Source of the DNA: Anthoceros angustus
Lineage: Eukaryota; Plantae; Anthocerotophyta
DNA: 64,000 nucleotides
Direction of reading: 5' to 3'
Assembly (NCBI GenBank): GCA_010909165.1
Contig: MU008162.1
Coordinates: 372,001-436,000, forward strand
The position numbers were made by a program, and so were the translations under genes. Of this stretch, positions 1 through 14,830 are shown piece after piece; the stretch's first letter is position 1, and each line of letters begins with the position of its first letter. The notes under the pieces are model-generated. The model saw only the letters and a program-made list of their open reading frames with translations, did not search any database and was not told the DNA's origin.

Positions 1-203
1 AGCGCAATGAGACATAGTTAATGACCTTATAAGGTAGATGTTCTCAAGGTGAGGAGACAGGTAACATCCTTTGTGGGAAACCTTGTTAGTTAGTCTTGTT
101 AGTTAATAAATTACTCATTAAGTAGGTAATGTCAATCCAAAGTTACTTTGAAGAAAAATAGATATAAAATATTTTATTATAATTTTAATAATATAAGTAA
201 CTC

Positions 204-313
204 ATAGCTAAATCCAGGTTTCATGGGTGCAAGTAGGCTAATTATGTTCTTGCTACCCATGGCTAAATCCTGGTTCCATAAGTGTGAGTAGGCTAACTAT
301 GTTCTGGCTACTT
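204..313. repeat. Imperfect 55-bp tandem duplication
   Basis: ATAGCTAAATCCAGGTTTCAT...GTAGGCTAATTATGTTCTTGCTAC at 204 recurs as ATGGCTAAATCCTGGTTCCAT...GTAGGCTAACTATGTTCTGGCTAC at 259. Confidence 0.7.
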
Positions 314-1057
314 GGTGGCCTCTGAAGGCGAGACAAGTGCACCTAATGTTGTTAGAATTTTATGAGCAAATTCAGTTGATTGTGGAGGCACGAAAAATTG
401 TTCTTGTGCAGATGCTAGGGTGTTCTGTGTGTTGTGCTTCATTTTTCTACGTTTCTCAAAACGTTGCACTGATATGGGGTGAAGCCAAAAAAGGCGATTC
501 CGTTCTAAACTCTTCTCGAAATCAGATTCTTTTCTCCTTCGTTTGATGGGGCGACGGTTCCGAGATGGGACATGATCCCAATCAGCACGCTTCCTCTTCA
601 AAGAGATCTACAGGGACCCATCCATAAGCAAATATAACATCATTATGTTGTAAAATAGATTAATATACTTACGTTGTGTGAGAATTTCATGAAAGAGGAT
701 ACAAACCAAAAAAGATCCTATTTTTACCGTTAGAGCATGTTCCAAGTTGTGAGAAGACGTTTGCATTATCTCTTTTGTAACGTCCCCATTTGTTAACTTG
801 CTACAAAGAGTCTCAACATGTTTTTTGATATCATCTTGATGGTGAAGGTCATTCGTACAACTAGCCCGATTGCTAAAGAATTTCCAGATGTCACACAAAA
901 AGCCTATGTTGGAAAAAATCATGTTGAATTGTCCTCTAACTTTCCTTGATACTACAGTGATGAATGGTAATTGATCTGCTCCCGACCACAATAAGTCCTT
1001 ATCAAATTAAGGAGTAGGTTATGGATGATCTATAAGTTGGACTGATCCCTCAAACTT

Positions 1058-1213
1058 ATTTTTATTCCTTGGATAAGTTAATCCCACCACATATATAGAC
1101 ATCTCCGGAGCATGTGGAGAAAAACATAACTCGAGATTTTTATTCCTTGGATAAGTTAATCCCACCACATATATAGACATCTCCGGAGCATGTGGAGAAA
1201 AACATAACTCGAG
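1058..1213. repeat. Perfect 78-bp tandem duplication
   Basis: 1058-1135 and 1136-1213 are identical; the minus-strand ORF repeats LELCFSPHAPEMSIYVVGLTYPRNKN. Confidence 0.9.
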
Positions 1214-2000
1214 GACCAAGGACAAATGGCTATCTAACGAGCACACAAACACACCAGAACACCAAAGCCCGCGGAATCAAAGACACCAAAGCCCGAGGAC
1301 CAAGGACAAATGGAAACTCGGTAAAGCGACCAGACGCTGAGATTTTATGAACGTTTGGCATGTAGTGTGCCAATTCCGCAATGGACCTGTTCGGACAGAA
1401 TTGGACCTGTCCAGTTGGAATTGGGCCTCGAGTGAGCCGGCATTTTCCCCACGCTCTGGCATCCGGCTGTTTCACTCACAAGTGGGAGTAGAGATCTGAT
1501 CTAGATAACTATGAGAGGTCAGGCTGTCAGCCCATAGCTCCGCCTTTCGTGCTGCTGTGACGAGTTCGACGACCCTTGAAAAACTAGAGAAACGTTTCGG
1601 ACCTCCACTTTCACGCGTTTCGTGTTCCAAATCCGGAATGTGGCGTGCCGGAATCGACCTCCCCCGAACTGGCCTGGTACAACTTGACCATCACCCATCT
1701 TGCACCGGGGATGTTTTGTTCAAGTGGTTGGTAGATCTCAAATCTCTGAGGGGCCATGATGTCAGCCCATAGCTTCGTTCTCCATCGATCGTCCCATCCC
1801 TTCCCTGCTCATCCTGCCGTGGGTAGCTCCATGCCACGACCCATGGATAAGGCTCAGCGCTCCACCAGCCCGCGTACGGGCATGTCAGCTCCCTCACACC
1901 CCTTGTACTCCAGAGTATATATCATGCCCCGCTCAATGTGTCTGCGCTAGACTCCCACTTACAGTCCTCTCCTCATCCCAAGTCTCGACAAGTTCAACCC

Positions 2001-3465
2001 ATGGCGGCTCACCTCACCTTGCTCATGTTGCTCTCCACCCTGTTGCAATTCCTCTTCACAGGCTCTCATGGTGATCATCCTGCACGCTTGCTGCAAGTTC
2101 TAGAGGAGCGTCAAATTTAAATTTGCTCGACCCTGATTGCTCAGATGACATGTATGGAGGAAATAGATGGATTCTGACGAACAAACACTTTCGTTTCCTG
2201 TTTTGTAGCATGCGGGGACCCAAGGCAACTTCTGCAAGCGAACGTTCCTTCCTTCAGCTACGATGAGAGCGACCCATCGGGGCCTTCGCACTGGGGGAGC
2301 CTGAATTTCCCCAACTGGACGACATGCGGAACAGGTAAAGCGCAGTCCCCAATTGCGCTCGTGAGTCACAGCAAGAAGAGGAAGGGCAGCCATCTCGGGC
2401 CGTTGAAATTTTTGTACCAGTCCGGTACCCAGAAGGCCACTTTGCTGACAAACAAACAAGCAATCCAGGTTGGAAATCGAGGAAACTGCTGCCTAACCGT
2501 TCTGCATTCAATCCACCCAGAGGTGGTATACATCTCCCGTACGCATCCCCCCGGGCAGGCCGTAACTGTCAGCTGGCTGCCTGCAGGTGGATGTGCAGGA
2601 GGGCTGGGGACGGATTCGAGTGGAGAAGGAATACTACCACTTTAGCAACTTCCACTTCCACTCCCCAAGCGAGCACACGATCGACAAAGTCAGGTAATGA
2701 AAACGCGTGTGCAAACGTTCGAACGACCAGTAGTTGAAAGTAGCAGTTTCCGGCGATGTCATCTCTAGCCTGCTTAGAATGCATGCCGTCGGCGATGGTG
2801 CACCCAGTCAGGACTGCATCGTACCTAGAGCAGGAACAGCGGAATTCCGAGTGATTTTGACGCTCTGTTTCATCACCAGGTACGATTTGGAGCTGCACAT
2901 CGTCCACAAGAACAAAGATGCCACCAAGATTGCAGTCCTAGGCATTCTCTTCAAGGTGGGACGGAAGCACAGCAACTTCCTGAAGCAGGTGAGTGAGTAT
3001 GTGTGTGCAGAGGTTTCTCCACACTGCGAGACTCGTGAGTATATATATCATCCGCAATTGTGGTCCGAGCCCGACCGTGACTGGGCCCTGTTCTGCACAG
3101 TTTTGGTCCCATCTTCCGAGTGCGGGACAACCCAACAGCACCAGTGAGGCGAAGGTAAGGATGAAGGGGTTGGACATCGAGAAGAAGTCCAAGTACTGGC
3201 GCTACCAGGGCTCCCTCACCACCCCGCCTTGCTCAGAAGGGGTCACATGGACTGTCTTGAAAGAGGTGGAAACCATGAGCAAGAAACAGATGAAGCAATT
3301 CCAGGCGGCGTCCCCGGTATGTGGATATGCGTGTCTGGTTTGCCGGTTGGGTCCATAATCGAACATCACCTCATGTCTGACGCTCGCTTTGCTGGATTGC
3401 AGAGACACAATTCTAGGCCGCTGCAGAAACTAAATGGCCGGCAGGTCACCAGTTACGACGACTAG
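2001..3465 (+). CDS. Secreted alpha-carbonic anhydrase (6 exons, ~274 aa)
   Basis: Exons 2001-2070, 2209-2468, 2587-2693, 2880-2988, 3101-3316 and 3403-3465 join in frame with GT-AG introns. Signal peptide MAAHLTLLMLLSTLLQFLF; motifs GPSHWG..QSPI, FHFHSPSEH (Zn His94/96), ELHIVH (His119), YQGSLTTPPCSEGV and NSRPLQ. Confidence 0.93.
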
Positions 3466-3830
3466 AATAAGTCATTTTAGTTATTTCGGAGCTACTACCT
3501 GGCAGCAGATAGTAGGCCGCATGCAGAACTCCGAGTTTGTTCATTCATTGAATTTTCGCTTTGATATTGTAACTTGTTCATACAACAAGACACGAGACTC
3601 AGATCTCGAAGCTTCTGTACGCCCACAAATTCACCAAACACTTACTTCTACTTCTGGCCCCTGTGTGAACTGTGAGGGCTGCGGGCGTGGATCGGAAAAC
3701 AGCGGGTCAAGTCTGTGTATAACGGTGCCCACCTCCTGATGCGCATTTCTCCTCAACGACGTTACCATTTCCAAGCTTCCTGGATTCAACGATTCGTCCA
3801 CCATCTAAGGCTTGCAGAAGGGACATTCTG

Positions 3831-4205
3831 GGTGCCACAAGGATCCAAGCAGGTTGCACAGGAGCTGACAGCTAAAACCTGCTCCCATGTGTCCCAACTC
3901 AGTTTGATGTCGACTCCTGCAAACGAATCCTTGAGAGATAAGTGTCTTGGTCAGAAGGGCAATCTATGGCCCATAAGTTTGGCCATGGCCAATCCTGGAG
4001 TATAATCTTAGTGCCATAGGAATCTAAGGAGGTTGCAAAGAGCTGCTCCCATCTTGTCCTGACTCAGCTTGACGTGTTCTGCTGTGCACGAATCCCTGGA
4101 AGATGGGTGTCTGGGTCAGAAGGGCAACTATGGCCCATAAATTTGGCCATGGCCATCGCTGAAGTACATCCTAGGTGCCACTGGGATCTAAAGGTTGCAC
4201 AGAGG
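3831..4205. repeat. Degenerate ~165-180 bp tandem repeat (about 2.5 copies)
   Basis: Anchor GTGCCAnnGGATCnAAG..GGTTGCAnAG at 3831, 4010 and 4174; GGTCAGAAGGGCAA.CTATGGCCCATAA.TTTGGCCATGGCCA at ~3950 and ~4114. Confidence 0.7.
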
Positions 4206-4362
4206 CTCTTACTTCAGATCAGAAGTTGCCCAAGTGCTGACACATAGTCAACACCTAGATGAAGGGAGAGACCTCGTGCTACTGTGCACACCTATCAGGT
4301 AGGCCTCCTCTCCGATGCCAAGGCAGTCCTGTTGCCCGAGAGAACGGCGATTTCCTCAGTGC

Positions 4363-6962
<2,600 letters not shown>

Positions 6963-7316
6963 AGCCGAAGCCACTGCAGGTGTGGAATCTGCTCAGTCCC
7001 CGGCCGCATCAGACGTGAAGCCCGTTGAGGCGGGTGCCCATGGATCAGCACAGATGCCAGGTGGCGACAATTCGCAAGGCTCGAGGATGTCTGCCCATGA
7101 AGCGCCACTAGCACTGGCGTAGTGCCGTCGATAATCTTTCCCATTCGAATGAACAGCTGTGGAACTCGTGGCGGTCTGCACTACCTATGCAGGTAAGAAT
7201 AAAGTGCCTATTTTGCACCCTCCAAGAAATGCACTTGAATTTTATTTAAGTCCACTAAGGACGGATTTCCGTCATGGGACTTGGTACTTAACAACTTGTA
7301 CCATGGTGTGCCTAAG

Positions 7317-8330
7317 CTACTTGCACCAAGGGCATCCACTCCCTTTAGGCACCCCATCTAAGTGCCGATCGAAGCTCAGGATGCTTAATCGAAGGAAGGG
7401 AGCATCCAGCGTCGAATTGCCCTCTTCAAAGAGCATGTGGTGTTCGCGGATGACACAACTTTGGTTATCTCGACAACGCCACACGTTTAGATTTCTAATT
7501 AGCTCTAAGGTTTTTAGGAAGGGTAAGATCGTAGCTTTGCTCTTTGCATGAGATTTATTATACAAAACTCAAATGTATATTCCCAGAAAAGAGTACCTAG
7601 TGGAAGATTCTCGACACCCCAGCGGATAGAGGAGAGCCTGGTTGTAATTGTCATTGGCAAGGAATGAATTTTGGGTGGATCCAGATTTAATGATAGTTAA
7701 AAAATATCTGTTCAAAATTGAACCAAAAATGCCTTTGGCATTCTGGGTCAAAGGAACAAGCTTGAAAATGGTAACTCTTGCTTGAGTTTCTTTGGGTCCT
7801 CGTTGTTCACAATTTGAGTTTTCTGGAATAGAGAGAATATTCATACTAGAAAATCCATGGTATTCCTTTTCTAGTGGGTCGACTACAATCTATTAGGAAT
7901 ATGGAGATAAAAACACTTCATCCTCATGGTAATTTGACTTCTTTGTTCTTGTGCATTTCTTATAGTTTACACAGGTAATCATTTTACAAAAAGGATTAGA
8001 CTTTACCCAAACTCGCGGTTTCAAATTACTAAAGTTCTCATCTCCGTCCTCTTCTCCTCTGAGGGAGAAAGTGGCGAGGAAGAGGGGCGGACGAGGACGG
8101 TTTTGGAACCGATCCCACTTTATCTTCAGCCGAAGATAGTTACAAGGACAAAGGAGAACGAATCGTGGGAGTTGTGAAGGGGTGAAGGCAAGGAACCGTT
8201 TGGAGTTGATCTCGGATTCGAATTTGATGAAGGGGAAGGGGATGCCAATGGGTGGAAAGACAATTAGGTATTTGTAGCAAGAAGAGGCTTCAGTATAGGC
8301 AGCAGGGAGCTTTTGTAACTTAGCCTCCAT
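7317..8330 (-). mobile_element. Highly degraded L1-like non-LTR retrotransposon RT relic
   Basis: Successive minus-strand fragments give LSPYS**IVVDPL (cf. QGxPLSPxLF), RYSFLGIYI (cf. YLG thumb motif) and RNLNVW (cf. KLxxW), in the expected order but broken by stops. Confidence 0.4.
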
Positions 8331-9465
8331 TGGAACTTAGAAAACTGCAAACAGTGAAGGAAGCACAAGTGAGGGAACGTGGGAATAAAATCAAGTTCTA
8401 AATTGAGAGTCAGACGAATATAGCGAAGGTGCTAAAGGTACTTTGAATTAAACAAGCAAAAAGGCAAGAGCAAGCGGACAAGATTAAGGCGGCGATTATA
8501 TTGGACTTTAAAGGAGGAGTCACATATTTGAACAATTCAAAGGCAAGAAACTCAATGAACTCAATTTCTTATCACGCAATAGCATTGCTTAATTCTTAAA
8601 TTAATTTTAGACGATTTTTTTAATTAGATTTATATAACTAAGGTCTCACCATTTTATATTGAGTGGGAATAATAAGATATTTAATACTAGAGTACTATTC
8701 ATTACCTAGGTTAGCCCTTGGTTGTTAGGTTTTACCGCTTTTAATTACTTATTTAATTAATAGGACTTGAGTTGGTTACTTCTCTTTCATATCGCAATAA
8801 AGTATGTAAACATTCTATTCTAATCATTAGAAACACTTACAGCAATTGTATGATTCTCATCATGTAAAAATCTCGCAAACGCTGCACAAAAGATGAAACA
8901 ATCAATCAGACGGAATCCTTACTTAAAGATATCCATCCATGAACAATGTCTCACTCACCTAAAATACAGATGTAGTAGATTGAACAATATATTTCAACAA
9001 GTCTTAGAATATAGAATTACAATACTAGAAATAAAATTATGGCACTCACAATTTAGTTATCACACAACTAAATTTTCCACCTCAAACAATGGACATAGGC
9101 ATCACTTAGGCTATGCATGTCAAGCAACTAATAACACATTTACTCAAGATGTAACACAAGCAATATCTAAAAATATAAGTACTTACTACTATCAATAGTT
9201 ACAGTGTCGAGATTATAGACAGAGATTGCTTAAACAGTGTAAATCTTTAGGTCATCTATTTATACTTTTTGTTTTTAACAATTTAAAGAAAGTACCATGC
9301 AGATTGTAATACCTAGATCCTTTACATGGCTTTCATCCTTGTTCTGGCGATATCTTATAACTTCCATCCTAAATGAGGCTGATCTCAGGGGTTAAAGTGC
9401 GCAAAATATAAAACGTTTTAGGTGATCATCAAGACCTATGCTAGGGCATACCACAATCCTATATT

Positions 9466-9732
9466 GTGGCTTTCTTTCGGCAATAGATGTCCATCGCCCT
9501 GCAAAGGGCATTGGCCAATATTGGACATCAGCAAGCGCCGGGGAGGCAGCATCTTCGGCTCCTGTGGTAGGTAAGCCCTTCCTTATCCTGACCACGACAT
9601 TCTTGCCGCGGTAGATAGTTTCAAGATTGGCGATTGCGAGGGCTGGTCCCCCTTGGCCTGGTCCTCTTATGTGGGTTTTCCCTTTTGTCACAGGATACAT
9701 GGGATTTCCCCATCTCTTTTTCTACAATAAAG
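9466..9732 (+). mobile_element. 3' tail of an RLE (CRE-like) non-LTR retrotransposon, copy 1
   Basis: Translates AFFRQ*MSIALQRALANI..SAGEAASSAPVVGKPFLIL, resembling the QRxSIALQR C-terminus of restriction-like-endonuclease LINEs. Ends in TACAATAAAG and is homologous to 22771-23093. Confidence 0.6.
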
Positions 9733-10644
9733 TGTCCAAGGTTCTTGATAAAACGTCTTACACTTAGGGGTGTAAGAACCAGTACTATGTATTGCGATCG
9801 TAGATAAGGATTTGGATCTCATTACAGGTAAAGACCCTTTAGTTATACTCTTGCACATAGCGCAGTATGTGCTCTGAAAGGAAGTAAATAGTTGATGTTT
9901 AATGGATATGATTCATTTACAAACTTGTGTGCCTTGAGCAACAATAGTGATGTGATCCTCATCATTGATGTTTTGTCTTGTAATGATGGAGCCAGCAGAG
10001 GAGAAATGAAGTTCGGATTCTAGGGTCTTCATAAGCTAGCTAACAAGTAGAAGATTTTTGGCCATATCCGAAATGTAAAGCACAAGGTCAAAAGTCAGGA
10101 AAGGCAGGTACCAATTCAAGCCATCTTAAGTCCAATTTGCAAATGGTCATCTTCAAGCAACACCTTTTTGTCCACTAATTCTCCATAGTTGTTGAAATCC
10201 AACAGAAGTGAGGTTGCTCATGAGATTCAGTTTTTTAGGGTTTTGTGTCTAGACAAGTATTGTGACGTTACACATAAACCTCTTTTGGGCTTAATATTTT
10301 TCTACACAATGGATCAAGTTGCAATCTTCGGGTCTGCAACTCAGTATCTAAGCAATAGTGATTGTTCTTCCGCGTGAAACTACCCTTGAATAAATGGTCC
10401 AAGTATCTCGCCATGCCGGCCTCCCTCGTGTGATCTCAAAAGCGCAAGATCGCTTCTATAATAATAATAACAATGAGCAACTTGGTATCATAGCGATATT
10501 GGATATTCTTCTACGCATGTCTACTCTTGAATAAATGACAAAATGATACGTCTTTCAAAGGTGCAAACGCGTGGACCATAATATGATGCCGACTCTACAT
10601 TTTTCTACACAATGCAACAAGCTACGATCCTTTGATTTGCAACT

Positions 10645-10656
10645 TGGTATCAGAGC
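10645..10656 (+). mobile_element. tRNA-iMet primer-binding-site motif (TGGTATCAGAGC) of a decayed LTR element
   Basis: Exact TGGTATCAGAGC 3 nt after a ...TGCA end, in the same orientation as the Ty3 pol relic at 13.5 kb. No matching second LTR was found. Confidence 0.45.
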
Positions 10657-12640
10657 TTGTTTTTTCGCGTGAGACTACCCTTGGATAAATGGATGCTAAA
10701 ATTGCAAGTTGTGATATCTTCGTTTTTCATCTTCATCCACCGCATCTCACCATGTGTCACGCTATGTCTCTCCATATTAGCGACGCTTACGGAGCTTATT
10801 GCCACAAACCTAATGTTAGCGCAACCTCGCATTCAACTTGAGTAGTACTCTTAAAATTATCTCAATTTCAATCATTGCGTCCTTTAATGCTTCTTATTAA
10901 ATCATTTCAACCATCTTGAAATGTATCTTATTTCTTCATAGTATCAAAGCTTATGCATCATTCCTTTTAGGCTAATTAATAAGGCTAGTACAAAAAAAAA
11001 GATGAGGCTCCAAGCACAGGGTTGATATACCTTCTTATTATAGGATGAGACTTCAATCATATATAATGTCTAAGTTATACCAAAAATAAATCTTATTCTA
11101 AATAAATAATATATCTCTTACTTAAAATAAATAATAAGTCATGGATCTAAGAATGCAATGTTACAATTTTTTTAGATGCCTAATATATGTCACCTTTGTA
11201 GAAATTTCGTGAACCTTGCAAGAAAGATGAAATAACTGAATCAATTATTAAATTTAGCACCATACAATCCTAACCTTTTAGGATATCCAGCCATAAAATA
11301 TGTCTTACTTACATAGAACATAGATTTGATAGTTTAGATAATTATAGTTTGCACATGTTCATAATTGTAAAGTCTAGGTGTTGGAAAAAAACATAGGACT
11401 ATCAAACTAAAAATAAAGGAGAATATGACGGAACTTGACACATGGTATTTTGAGCCAATCCTAGCAAGATAATGACGAATCCTCACGATCAGCGTTGTGC
11501 TTAGAGAATTAAGTGAACAAAATAGCTTTGAGAGCGGTGGAGCATTGGCACAAGGGTAGGTGACTACAAGGCGCTGGTGGTGAAGAAATAGTGTGAGGCA
11601 TGTATCGTGCTTGAAAGAGTCTTGCTTCTGAATATCTTAAATTCAACAAAGCTTCTTATATATACATCTTATTTATATTTGTATTTCTAGTGGGGACTTT
11701 TCATAAAGCCTCTCAATCTTTTAGGCTTATTCTGATAAAATTAGACTGGCTTGTTAATGACTTCTCAAGTCATGATACATGATGCATAGATGGGAGGAGT
11801 AAGCGCTGCGAAAGTGTAATAACAAGAAGCAAATAATAAAATTTTGTCTTTGGATCTCAAAACAAGCACATTTTCTACATGTCGCTTTCGCATATTTGTG
11901 CTCCCAAACTATAATATCTCAGCTTGTGCCCTAGTGGTTTCTATATCTACCTCTAGAGCATGGTGAATTAGCCCTTATCAGTATAGACCTTTGCCTTTTT
12001 TAAATCAAATTAAAATCCTTCTAATTAATTTATCCTGAACACCTATAATACTTGAGGTCTATCTATTTATCCTTTAAGATCCAGGTTGATGTGCATGTAG
12101 TTTCTTAACTCGGGAGCAACAAATCACATGTATACCAATGCACAACTATCGATTATGTTCAATTCCTATACTATACAGAGAAGCAAACAGCTAGTTTGTT
12201 CGTTAGGCGAGGACTATTCAGAATAACCTCATCGTTCATTAAATAGACATGAAGACAACATTTCATAATGGTCCCCGAGATGAGATAATTTTCATGCAAC
12301 AACAAGAAGGTTATATGTCCTAGACCCTAATGAAGTCTGCTAATTAATTGAAAGGATCCTAATATAGCGTAGAGCAATCAGCTAGGATTTAGAATGAAAT
12401 TAAGGGCAAACAAATCTCTACGCTATATAGGATCCAAACCTTTGATTGCAGGTTGCAGGGTGTCTATCTTGCATAGAAATAATCAACTTTGTAAATTTCA
12501 TTAGCTAAAGAAAGCAGTGCTTAAGACAACATGTATATGTCACGCTGCAAGTAGTATAGTTAACCATGTCTAAATGTTCAAATAGTCTCATCGAACAACA
12601 AAAAGAGAAACCAAACCTCTAAGCTACAGGCTTGAACAAC

Positions 12641-12836
12641 GGGCAAGAATCTAGGAAGAGCTTAGGGCAAGAATCTAGGAAGAGCTTAGGGCAAGAATCT
12701 AGGAAGAGCTTAGGGCAAGAATCTAGGAAGAGCTTAGGGCAAGAATCTAGGAAGAGCTTAGGGCAAGAATCTAGGAAGAGCTTAGGGCAAGAATCTAGGA
12801 AGAGCTTAGGGCAAGAATCTAGGAAGAGCTTAGGGC
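12641..12836. repeat. Perfect minisatellite, 8 x 24 bp (GGGCAAGAATCTAGGAAGAGCTTA)
   Basis: Eight identical copies plus GGGC; the ORF track shows (GQESRKSL)8. Confidence 0.95.
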
Positions 12837-13485
12837 CCACGAAAAGGTAAACGTGACCCTTAAGTCTATGACCTGCGCCCGAGAATGCAATCCCACAACA
12901 TTGCAAAATGAGGCAAAACTTGATGCAGGGACGAAATATGACTGCCTCTTTACTAGACAAATATCATCAATCCAACTCATCTTGGATAGGTGCTCCACAT
13001 ATATAGCCTTGAGCTCTGCCATCTCTCGCTGGTACGCACACCTTCTTCTCGATCATAATACTTGCGTTTGCTAGGAAATATACATAGCGTTTAGTCCTTG
13101 GCCTTTGAAAATAATCCCTATTATCTTCGGTCCTAGCCACTCCCTATCTTGCTTTTCTAGTTTTTAAGGTTTTGATATATTAATATCATATATCGCCTAT
13201 ATACGCGTATATGCCATCAATCCTCACATGTGTCATGGACACATAACATACACATGGATCATCCATGTCATATCATATACTGTCTCCATAGATCAACCAT
13301 GCCATCCACATCCACACATGCATACATACACATGCATGCATCCATACGCCCACGAGTGCCAAATCATCAGCCATAGCACATGGCTTATGCAATGTGCTGG
13401 CGTTATCGGTCACTTTCGCATCTTTTCCACTTTACTTCTGTGTTCAGTTAGTTCTTAGTCTTCTTACACTTACATGGCAAAACAT

Positions 13486-14200
13486 ATACTCGCCTTACCA
13501 AACTTGGATAAGCCCTTTGTAGTAAGGACTGATGCCTCAGACTTTGCATGTAGGCCTGCTGCAACATAAGGGAAGGAATGTCTTCCTGTAGACCTGAGGT
13601 TGTTAGAAGTATGCTCTACCTAGTAGGATGGACTAGGCCTAACATATCTCAAGCCATAAGCATTGTTTCTAGCTACTTATCAAATTCGGGTAAAAAACAT
13701 CGGATTGTGTTAAACATTTACTTCCTTACATTAAGGGCACAAGGCATTTGTAGTTGAAGTACAAAAATGCTAGTAATCTCATCCCTACTTGATTCTCGGA
13801 TGTTAATTGAGTAGAGATTTTGACTCCACGGAGTCAATTGCAGCATATTGTGTTTTGCTGGGTGGATCCTCATAAGCGCTGGCAGCATAAAAATTTATTC
13901 ATATTTTGCCTCTCTTTAATAGAGGCAAAGTATGGTGCTTGATCCCAAGTTGCAAGACCCTTCTTAAAAGACATCCATGAAACGGTCAACACCCACAACA
14001 ATATGTTGTGATAACATTCAATCAGCGTTGGTCTTACCTCCAAACACAGTCTTCCATGCTCGCTCTGAGCATATGTGTCGTAGGCATAAGTCTCACAAAA
14101 GGACTCTCAAAAACACTTCATGAGGAGCATAGGGGCTTCTTAATTTTAAGGATCACTGACACTCATTTAAAAGGGGAGAAGAGTAGTAGCCTGGCTATTC
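13486..14200 (+). mobile_element. Ty3/gypsy pol relic (RT connection/RNase H, possibly integrase traces)
   Basis: ILALPNLDKPFVVRTDASDFA..G.LLQ at 13486-13580 matches the Ty3 LxLPDFxKPFxVxTDASxxAxGxVLxQ motif. Downstream sequence is heavily frameshifted. Confidence 0.65.
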
Positions 14201-14681
14201 AAGATATTTGAGATTCATGCAGTGCCATGTCCTCAGCTCGTTGCATGTGGGCATCCAACAAGGACACAAGGCGCAACTAGGAAGAGAGTGGCCGAAGAGG
14301 ACGAGGAGGTCGGAGTGGCAGATTTAGAGCGTATGTGAGTGCTGTGTGTAGTTATGTTCCCGCTTTTGTTTCTAATATTCAAGCTTGTCAATTATGGCTT
14401 ATGTTATGAGGTAGGTATGAAAAGAGGGTATGAAGTTATTATTGCTTAAGCAACCAAAATTTATAGCTAGGTTTGGATAGTGAACGATAAGATGAGTTAC
14501 TTAATATTTATTTTAGGTTAAGAAACGTTTACACCTACTATTGTATATAAACGTATATCATAGCATTGTATATACCAATTTTGAGGAAGGAGGAAACCAA
14601 CCGGATCCGAGCCAGGGAAGGAGGCCGGCTAGCGAGGATGGACCCCTAACAGTAGGTGGTCCGGGGGTTGGGGGTCCGGGA

Positions 14682-14830
14682 CTTGAGGACCGGACCCTGG
14701 TAATAAGTTCGGACCTTGAGGTCCGAACCCCAGAGATGAGACCGGACCCAGAGGACCAGACTCTGGAAATAAGGCCGAACCCTGAAGTTCGGACCCCGGA
14801 GTCGAGACCGGACCCCGAGGTCCGGACTTG
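14682..14830. repeat. Degenerate 33-bp GC-rich tandem repeat (~4.5 units)
   Basis: Plus-frame peptide LEDRTLVISSD/LEVRTPEMRPD/PEDQTLEIRPN/PEVRTPESRPD/PEVRT. Confidence 0.7.

Noticed and set aside
308-991. Minus-strand ORFs of 97 and 127 aa
   Set aside because: No recognisable motif or splice structure; AT-rich context.
8893-9198. 101-aa AT-rich ORF as a transposase fragment
   Set aside because: No diagnostic residues could be matched.
9756-9777. Hairpin TCTTACAC-TTAGGG-GTGTAAGA as a Helitron 3' end or telomeric seed
   Set aside because: No CTRR terminus follows, and a single TTAGGG in an 8-bp stem can arise by chance.
12619-12960. ORFs encoding (GQESRKSL)8 or (PKLFLDSC)8
   Set aside because: A by-product of a stop-free minisatellite; no gene structure.
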